64,000 nucleotides of DNA, taken from the NCBI GenBank assembly GCA_025457615.1, contig JALOTZ010000003.1:81614-145613 (forward strand), written 5' to 3'. The stretch is from Verrucomicrobiota bacterium (GTDB lineage: Bacteria > Verrucomicrobiota > Verrucomicrobiia > Limisphaerales > DSYF01). This document shows, piece by piece, positions 57,606 through 64,000 of this stretch. Made by a program: the position numbers and the translations under genes. The notes under the pieces are model-generated. The model saw only the letters and a list, made by a program, of their open reading frames with translations. It searched no databases and was not told the origin of the DNA. The first letter of the stretch is position 1, and every line of letters starts with the position of its first letter.

Positions 57606-58317
57606 GCCTCTTGTTCAAGAGGCCACGCAGCACCTCGGGTTGGTTGGTGATGAGGTTGTCCGCCCCGAGCCGGATCATCCGCCGCATCGCCTCCGGCTCA
57701 TTGACCGTCCACACGTGAACCACCTTGCCGGCGCGGTGGGCCGCCCGGATGAAGTCCGGCGTCACCTCCGAGGCGGCGATGCTGAGAAGGTCCACCTCCG
57801 CTTCCGTCACCCCGGGGATCACTTCCCCAAGGATCAAGCCGGTTCTGGCGGCGGGTTCGGTCGTCCGCACCTCCCGGATGGCGTCCGCGTTGAACGACGT
57901 GAGCACGCATTGGTCGAGGAACTGTTCCTGCCGGAGCAGGCTCAACACGGCAGGCACGAGCCGCGGGTCCGGCCGGTTGTATTTGAGTTCGATATTGAGC
58001 CGGACTTTGCCGCGGACGAGGTGGATGACTTCCGCCAGGGTGGGCACTGGTTCGCCCACATGCGATTCGGAGAACCGACGGCCCACGTCGATCCGCTTCA
58101 ACTCGGCCAGGGTCAGGTCTTCGACGCGGCGCGGATCGCCAGCCACGCGCAGCAGGTCGCGGTCGTGCACGACCACCACGGCGCGGTCGGCACAGGTCTG
58201 GACGTCCAGTTCGATGCCGTCACAGTCGTCCGCGATGGCCTGACGGAAGGCGGCGAGCGTGTTCTCGGGGGCCTTGGCGGAACTGCCGCGATGGGCGGTG
58301 ATTTCCATCTGCGTCAC
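57577..58317 (-). CDS. Glycerophosphodiester phosphodiesterase
   Basis: 246 aa: ITAHRGSS, ENTLAAF, GIELDV. Confidence 0.85.
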   Translation of the reverse strand: MTQMEITAHRGSSAKAPENTLAAFRQAIADDCDGIELDVQTCADRAVVVVHDRDLLRVAGDPRRVEDLTLAELKRIDVGRRFSESHVGEPVPTLAEVIHLVRGKVRLNIELKYNRPDPRLVPAVLSLLRQEQFLDQCVLTSFNADAIREVRTTEPAARTGLILGEVIPGVTEAEVDLLSIAASEVTPDFIRAAHRAGKVVHVWTVNEPEAMRRMIRLGADNLITNQPEVLRGLLNKRLAKPGTRIP

Positions 58318-58329
58318 CGGGTTGGGGTT

Positions 58330-59727
58330 CTACATCTGGACCATCTCGCCATACTCCGGCAGGGTGCAATCCAGCCCGTGTTTCTCCCGGATGCCCTGGC
58401 ACAACGCTTGTCGGCCCTTGGTTTCACCGTGGGTCAGGATCACGCGCGGGCGGGTGGCGGCCAGGGGTTCGAACCAGCGCAACAGGTCCGTCCGCCCCGC
58501 GTGGGCGCTGAATCCGCCCAGGGAATGCACCCGGGCTTTCACCGCGACCTGTTCGCCGAAGATCTTCACGCGCTTCTCCCCTTCCACCAGCAGGCGTCCG
58601 AGCGAACCTTCGGCTTGGAAGCCCACGATGATCACCACCGTTTCGGGTTTCCAGAGGTTTTGTTTCAGGTGATGGAGGATGCGCCCGGCGTTGCACATGC
58701 CCGCCCCGGCCAGGACCATGCAGGGGCCCTCGCAATCGTTGATCTTCATGGAATCCTGAGCGGTGGGCGTGGCTTTCAGGGTCTGCAAATCCTCCGCCAG
58801 CGGGCGCTGGCGTCGCATCGCCTCGAACTCCTCGTCGAACAGCTCCCGGTGATTCATGTAGATCCGGGTCGCCTCGATGGCCATGGGACTGTCGAGATAA
58901 ACCGGGAAGGGCGGCACGGTCCTTTCCCGGAACAGGGTGGCCAGCAGGTAGATCAGCAACTGGGCACGGCCGACGGCAAACGTGGGGATAAGAATCTTGC
59001 CCCGCTGTTCAACCGCGGCTTTCACGAGGGATTCAAACTCCTCGATGGTGGCGCCGATGGGCCGATGGTCGCGGTCGCCGTACGTGGATTCCAGGACCAC
59101 CGCGTGTGCGTGATGAAAGCCCTCGGGATCCTTCAGAATGGGCGCGTTCCAGGGTCCGAGGTCGCCGGAGAATACCAGTCGCTTCTCCTCGCCGTTGTCC
59201 TGGACAAACAACTGGATGCTCGCGCTGCCCAGGATGTGGCCCGCCTCGACGAACTTCGCCTTCAGGCCGGGGGCCACGGGGACGGGTTGGTTGTAGGGCA
59301 CCTCCCGCAGCAAATGGATCAAGGTCTCGACATCCTCGGCACCGTAGAGTGGCGACAACGGCTCCTGGCCGGCCCGTTCGCGCTTGCGGTTGGTGCGCGC
59401 GATGTCCTGCTCCTGCACCTTGGCCGAATCCCGCAGGATCAGCGCGGTGACCTCTGCGGTCGCCGGCGTGCAATAGATCGGACCGGTGTAACCATTGCGC
59501 GACAGCAACGGCAGCCGCCCGGTGTGATCCAGGTGCGCGTGGGTGACCAGCACGGCGTCCAGTTGCCGGGGACTGAGTCCGCGCGGCACGCGGTTGCGTT
59601 CCTCCGCCTGCCTGACCCCCTGGAACATCCCGAAGTCCAGCAGCACGCTGGCCTGGTCCGTCTGGATATGATACGCCGAGCCGGTCACGTCGCCGGCGGC
59701 CCCGTGGAAGGTGATTTGAATCGACAT
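58330..59727 (-). CDS. MBL-fold beta-CASP RNA-metabolising hydrolase
   Basis: 465 aa: HAHLDHTGRLP, followed by a beta-CASP domain and an RMMBL C-terminus. Confidence 0.85.
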   Translation of the reverse strand: MSIQITFHGAAGDVTGSAYHIQTDQASVLLDFGMFQGVRQAEERNRVPRGLSPRQLDAVLVTHAHLDHTGRLPLLSRNGYTGPIYCTPATAEVTALILRDSAKVQEQDIARTNRKRERAGQEPLSPLYGAEDVETLIHLLREVPYNQPVPVAPGLKAKFVEAGHILGSASIQLFVQDNGEEKRLVFSGDLGPWNAPILKDPEGFHHAHAVVLESTYGDRDHRPIGATIEEFESLVKAAVEQRGKILIPTFAVGRAQLLIYLLATLFRERTVPPFPVYLDSPMAIEATRIYMNHRELFDEEFEAMRRQRPLAEDLQTLKATPTAQDSMKINDCEGPCMVLAGAGMCNAGRILHHLKQNLWKPETVVIIVGFQAEGSLGRLLVEGEKRVKIFGEQVAVKARVHSLGGFSAHAGRTDLLRWFEPLAATRPRVILTHGETKGRQALCQGIREKHGLDCTLPEYGEMVQM

Positions 59728-59965
59728 GGGTTTCGGATCGAATGCGCGCCACAGCTAAAGCCGCCTCCCCCGGGCTGTCGATGGAATTGTGAGCGTTCCG
59801 GGAGGCCTCGCAGGGTCTTTCGTTTTGAGTTCATGATCGTGCAAGGAGTGCGAGACAGCGCGCGGGATGTGAATGGAGGGTTTCGCGCAGTTGGGGCAGG
59901 ACTCCTCGCAAAAGCAATCCCGGACTGGACGCAGCCCGCAGCCCTCCCGCCACCCCTCCTCCCGA

Positions 59966-60019
59966 GAAATCAGCGCGGACTACACCTGTCTGCGTGCCCC
60001 GCACAGGCAGGCGTCCGCG
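59966..60019. repeat. REP-like ~50-nt imperfect hairpin, copy 2
   Basis: GAAATCAGCGCGGACTACACCTGTCTGCGTGCCCCGCACAGGCAGGCGTCCGCG. The outer stem is CGCGGAC/GTCCGCG. Confidence 0.85.
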
Positions 60020-60148
60020 ACACTGGATCGCAGCCGCCCGATTCGCAGGGAGAGGTTTTTGAAGCGGTGGTGCCGCGCCGCGTCGCCGCCCCCCTCGAAC
60101 GCGCGCACCCGTCAACCGGGTGCGGTGCGTTGCCTGGAGCCCCGGCGG

Positions 60149-60166
60149 ATGTTCCGTACGGAACAT
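60149..60166. repeat. Perfect 18-bp palindrome ATGTTCCGTACGGAACAT, 44 nt downstream of the pheT stop
   Basis: Read directly from the sequence. No U-run follows on the pheT strand. Confidence 0.9.
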
Positions 60167-60209
60167 ACAATCAGCGGAGGTTCGCAGGCGGGATTGGAGG
60201 GTTGATTCG

Positions 60210-62732
60210 CTACTCTCGCACCGCTGCCTGCAGCTTCTCTTTGAATGCCTGCACGAGCTTGTCGTGTTCGGCGCCCACTTCCTTGTCGGTGAGAGTCTTG
60301 TCCGCTGAACGATAGGTGAACGCGTAGGCCAGGCTCTTCCGTCCAGGGGGAACGTTCTGCCCGCGGAACACATCGAACAGTTCAACCGCCTCCAGACAGG
60401 CGGGCTTGGTCTTGCGCACGACGGCCAGCACGTCGTCGTGCGTGGTGGCTTCCGGCACCAGCATGGCGACGTCCCGCCGGATCGATGGAAACTGAGGGAG
60501 CGGTTTGAAGGATTTCGAGGGGTTGCGCCGGGCCAGGAGCGCGTCGAGGTCTAACTCCGCCAGCAGTACCGGATCGCGAAGATCATATTGCCGGGCGACG
60601 GCGGGCAGCACCAGCCCGAGCTCGCCGAGCGGAAGCTTACCGCCCAGGCTGAGAGCTGCGGATTCCAGGAAAAGTTCCGTCGGCCCCGTTCGTCGCGTAT
60701 AGACAACGCCGCGCACACCGAACTGTTCCAGGAACTCGTCCAGGAGGCCCTTCAGATCGGATGCGTCCATCTGAGCGTCGCGGTCCGGTCCGCTCCAGAA
60801 TGTCCCGCTTCGCCGCCCGCTCAGCGCGATGGCCAGGCGACGCTGCTCCTCGCAGGTCCCCGGCGCCTTGTCTCCGCCCGTCCGGAAAACCCGTCCGATC
60901 TCGAACAGGGCGACATCCCCGTTCTTCCGGGCCACGTTGTGCCGCAGGGAGTGGATGAGGCCGGGCAGCAGCGACGGCCGCAACACATCCATGTCCGCAC
61001 TAAGCGGGTTGACCAACGTGACCAGCGCTTCAATCTGCATTCTGCATTCTGACTTACCCACCAGCGTCTGTCCCTGGGCCTCGTTCAACCCCAGCCCGGT
61101 GAGCAGGCGACGCGCTTCAGCGATCTGGTCGTAAACCGTGTCAAACGCATTTGCCCCATGCGCCCCCCGGGGCGGGGTGGCGGGAATCCTGTCGATGCCA
61201 TGCAGCCGGCAGACTTCCTCGATCAAGTCCACTTCGCGTTTGAGGTCCACGCGGAACGTCGGGATCTCGAAGCTGAGCGGCTCGTTGAGACTCTCGGTTT
61301 CCACGGCGGTTGGACGCCGTTTGGTCGCAGGGGTCTTGAGTCCGAGTTGGCCGAGGTAATAGGCGATTTCCTCGGTGGTTAGCGCCACGCCGAGCAGCTC
61401 CGTCACCTTGTGTGGTCGCAACGCGATGTGCCGGGGTGCGGCGGGCTGCGGATAGGCGTCCACCACCCCTTCGGCCAGCGACCCGCCGGCCGTTTCGAGG
61501 ATGAGCTGCGCAGCCCGGCGGCTCGCCCAGTCGCAGACGCCGATGTCCGCCCCGCGCTCGAACCGGTAACTGGAGTCCGTGCGCAGCCCGAGCGCCTTGC
61601 TGGTGCGGCGGATGTTGGCGGGATTGAAATAGGCCGACTCGATCAGCACGTCCACTGTTTGATCGTTGATCTCCGTGTTCTGTCCGCCCATCACGCCGGC
61701 CAGCGCGATGCCTTTCTGCTGGTCGGCAATCAGCAGGTTGTCCGGAGTGAGGGTGTGTTTCTGGCCGTCGAGGGTGGTGAACGCTTCGCCGTCGCGGGCG
61801 CGGCGGATGACAATGGTAGCACCGGCGTCCCGCCTGCCCTCACCAACCGGGACGGCTGGGCCGCCTTGGAGCAGGTGATAGTCAAACGCGTGCAGCGGCT
61901 GGCCAGTCTCCATCATGACGTAGTTGGTGACGTCCACCACGTTGTTGATGCTGCGGAGTCCGATCTTCTCGAGGGTGGTCCGGAGCCACCCCGGGCTGGG
62001 GCCGACTTTGACCCCCTGGATCACGCGCGCGGTGTAGCGGGGGCACAAGGTGGAGTCCTCGATTCGGACGGAGAGGAGGTCCGCGACCTGTCGCGTGGCA
62101 CGTGTTGCGTCAAGGGTGGGTTCCGGCAGTTTGAGCGGATTGCCGGTGACCGCGGCGATTTCGCGGGCGATGCCGACGACGCTGTTCCAGTCCGGCCGGT
62201 TGGGTGTGGTTTCGAGGTCGTAAACCACGTCCGTTTCCGCCTGGCCGAGGTAGGCGGCGAAGGGTTGTCCGACCGGGGCGTCGTTTGGCAGGATGAGCAA
62301 TCCCTCCTCCTTCTTGAGCCCGAGTCTCTCGGGGTCGAGGGCGAGTTCCTCGTGGGAACACATCATGCCATGGGATTCCACACCGCGGATCTGGCCGACC
62401 TTGATGGTGAAGGGTTTTTCCCCGGACTGTTTGGGAGGCAGCGTGGCGCCGGGCAGGATCAGCGGCACCTTGTCGCCCGGTTTGAAATTGTGCGCGCCGC
62501 AGACGATCTGGCGTTCGCCCTGGCCGTCGTTCACGCGGCACACGGAGAGTTTGTCCGCATTGGGATGCTTGTCGCGGGTGAGCACCTGGGCCACGACGAC
62601 GCCCTCGAAGCCGCCGCCGACGGTCTCCACGCCTTCGACTTCGAGTCCGAGCATGGTCAGGCGCTCGGCCAGCTCCTCGGGGGACCAGTCGAAATCCACG
62701 TATTGTTTGAGCCAGTTGCGCGTGACTTTCAT
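60210..62732 (-). CDS. pheT: Phenylalanine-tRNA ligase beta subunit
   Basis: Start MKVTRNWLKQYVDFDWSPEELAERLTMLGLEVE at 62732, inside ORF 60210..62864. It has the tRNA-binding, B3/4, B5 and FDX-ACB domains in the usual order. Confidence 0.95.
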   Translation of the reverse strand: MKVTRNWLKQYVDFDWSPEELAERLTMLGLEVEGVETVGGGFEGVVVAQVLTRDKHPNADKLSVCRVNDGQGERQIVCGAHNFKPGDKVPLILPGATLPPKQSGEKPFTIKVGQIRGVESHGMMCSHEELALDPERLGLKKEEGLLILPNDAPVGQPFAAYLGQAETDVVYDLETTPNRPDWNSVVGIAREIAAVTGNPLKLPEPTLDATRATRQVADLLSVRIEDSTLCPRYTARVIQGVKVGPSPGWLRTTLEKIGLRSINNVVDVTNYVMMETGQPLHAFDYHLLQGGPAVPVGEGRRDAGATIVIRRARDGEAFTTLDGQKHTLTPDNLLIADQQKGIALAGVMGGQNTEINDQTVDVLIESAYFNPANIRRTSKALGLRTDSSYRFERGADIGVCDWASRRAAQLILETAGGSLAEGVVDAYPQPAAPRHIALRPHKVTELLGVALTTEEIAYYLGQLGLKTPATKRRPTAVETESLNEPLSFEIPTFRVDLKREVDLIEEVCRLHGIDRIPATPPRGAHGANAFDTVYDQIAEARRLLTGLGLNEAQGQTLVGKSECRMQIEALVTLVNPLSADMDVLRPSLLPGLIHSLRHNVARKNGDVALFEIGRVFRTGGDKAPGTCEEQRRLAIALSGRRSGTFWSGPDRDAQMDASDLKGLLDEFLEQFGVRGVVYTRRTGPTELFLESAALSLGGKLPLGELGLVLPAVARQYDLRDPVLLAELDLDALLARRNPSKSFKPLPQFPSIRRDVAMLVPEATTHDDVLAVVRKTKPACLEAVELFDVFRGQNVPPGRKSLAYAFTYRSADKTLTDKEVGAEHDKLVQAFKEKLQAAVRE

Positions 62733-62860
62733 GGCGAAATCGGGCCGTGAGGGTAGGCGCAACCCCGCCGCAGTGCCCAGCGAATTTTTCCCGCAGGCCA
62801 ACCTCTGTCCTGCTCTTGTTCTGCTGGTCGAACCGTGGGGAGGCGGAAAAGGAGAACGAC

Positions 62861-63622
62861 TCAACGGCCCCGGCTGGGCAGGAGGATCCTGTCTTGCAAC
62901 CGTCCCACCCGCACCTCGGGCATGCGAGGGTCGAGCGAGTCGGCGGCGGGTGGGGCCATTTCCACGTGGCTGTCCAGGAAGACAACCGTGGCCTGCTCCT
63001 GATGCCGGAAGTGGGCGGTAGCTTCGTAATGGTTGACGTAATAGAACTCCTCGATCAGCGGATGCTCGGGGGAGGCGGGCGCTTGGAAAGTGTTTACCTG
63101 GGCGGAGTCGGCGAACAGGGCGATCTCGGACGGATGGAGGATGGCGTCCACTTTGAGTGGCGGCCGGCTGGCCGGGGTGGACAGGCTGAGATTGTAGCCA
63201 TAGGCGTAGGACGCGCCGGTGGCTTTGAGCTTGAGCCGGGCCGAGGCGTAGTCAAACGACGGACAGACCGCGATGCCCCGGCCTTGCAGGTAGGGCCACA
63301 AAGCGCCTTGCTTGGGATCAAATCGGCGATTGCCCTCGGTTCCGCGTTCCAGCCAGCCAAACCAGAAGACATCCCCGCCGTTGGTGGAGGCGCCTCGGAA
63401 CCGGAACGCTTCGCCGCGGTAGTCGTCCCAATACAGCCGGGAGGCCAGCGAGAGTTGACGGAGATTGTTCAGACAACTCACCCGAAAGGCCGACCGTTTG
63501 CTGCGGGCCAGCGCGGGGAGCGTGAGCGCGGCCAGCACACTGATGATGCACACCACCACCAGCAGTTCGACCAACGTGAAGGCCGAACGCCGGCGGGCGC
63601 AGGGATGGCGAGGTGGGGTCAT
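62861..63622 (-). CDS. Prepilin-type N-terminal cleavage/methylation domain protein (DUF1559-like)
   Basis: Start MTPPRH. It has SAFTLVELLVVVCIISVLAALTLPAL and a C-terminal VVFLDSHVE. Confidence 0.8.
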   Translation of the reverse strand: MTPPRHPCARRRSAFTLVELLVVVCIISVLAALTLPALARSKRSAFRVSCLNNLRQLSLASRLYWDDYRGEAFRFRGASTNGGDVFWFGWLERGTEGNRRFDPKQGALWPYLQGRGIAVCPSFDYASARLKLKATGASYAYGYNLSLSTPASRPPLKVDAILHPSEIALFADSAQVNTFQAPASPEHPLIEEFYYVNHYEATAHFRHQEQATVVFLDSHVEMAPPAADSLDPRMPEVRVGRLQDRILLPSRGR

Positions 63623-64000
63623 GGTCGCCGGGCCAAGACTCGGTAGAAGGCGCTTCCGGCCGGGGCGTTGGTGTCCGTCAGGCTCAACAGACCGCCGGTG
63701 CCCGGCCATTCGCTGGATGCCGGAACCCATCCCGCCGACTCTGAATTCCGCTGGAGTCGGTAATTCCAGCCGATGGTGGATTGGAAATGGACCTGCAGTC
63801 CGTTCGTCAGGGTCAACACCGTCGTGGAAATGGGCGGGTCCGGCACCGTCAGCGAGATGTTATCGATCACCCCGTGCGCCTGGACAGAGCCCAGACCGAC
63901 CTGGTCGCAGTAGCTCGATATGGCCAAGGTGTCCAAGCGGAAGTCCCCGAACGGCGCCGCGAGGCTGAGGGTCTGAGTGGCGCCGTAGGGCAGGCCGGCG
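63619..64000 (-). CDS. Hypothetical protein. Only the C-terminal part is present; the 5' end lies outside the window.
   Basis: The open frame continues to the window edge (…AGLPYGATQTLSLAAPFGDFRLDTLAISSY…FYRVLARRP). ATGA overlap with the downstream pilin-like gene. Confidence 0.5.
   Translation of the reverse strand, partial: AGLPYGATQTLSLAAPFGDFRLDTLAISSYCDQVGLGSVQAHGVIDNISLTVPDPPISTTVLTLTNGLQVHFQSTIGWNYRLQRNSESAGWVPASSEWPGTGGLLSLTDTNAPAGSAFYRVLARRP

Noticed and set aside
57472-60315. 947-aa ORF on the plus strand
   Set aside because: It is antisense to the GDPD and beta-CASP genes and runs through repeat-rich intergenic DNA. It has low-complexity composition.

Overview
This is a high-GC chromosomal segment. 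Its gene content (prepilin-like DUF1559 protein, HprK/HPr next to the Lpt genes, GH42, Mrp-type antiporter) suggests a PVC-group bacterium, probably Verrucomicrobiota; that assignment is inference only. Most of the window is housekeeping: an Mrp/Mbh-like cation:proton antiporter operon, a CaCA antiporter, a tandem USP, prfB with its +1 frameshift, trpC, sufD-sufU, ychF, kdsA-kdsC-lptC-lptA-lptB-hprK-ptsH, gatCAB, two tRNA-Val genes, cca, kup, a CPA2 antiporter, cstA and pheT. Between these lies mobile or decayed DNA: a truncated group II intron RT, an ISKra4-like IS inserted into a Y1 (IS200-like) transposase-like gene, an ISAs1 transposase remnant, and a ~130-bp duplicated piece of a DUF4810 gene beside an orphan WYL regulator. 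I did not recognise a clear novel multi-gene system such as a defence, CRISPR, retron or toxin system. The most unusual signal I can support is a set of short-period (7-9 nt) tandem-array hairpin elements and long palindromes. Several sit in-frame inside genes (mrpD, mrpG, U32 peptidase) or split an otherwise overlapping operon. A ~50-nt REP-like hairpin also occurs twice. Smaller oddities are an in-frame TGA in a PGPGW membrane-protein gene, a C12 tract inside cstA, a cstA-ybdD fusion, a tRNA ending 8 nt before kup, and an LLM-KAS pair upstream of a GH/GT2 fusion. All family calls rest on motif recognition by eye; no searches were run.
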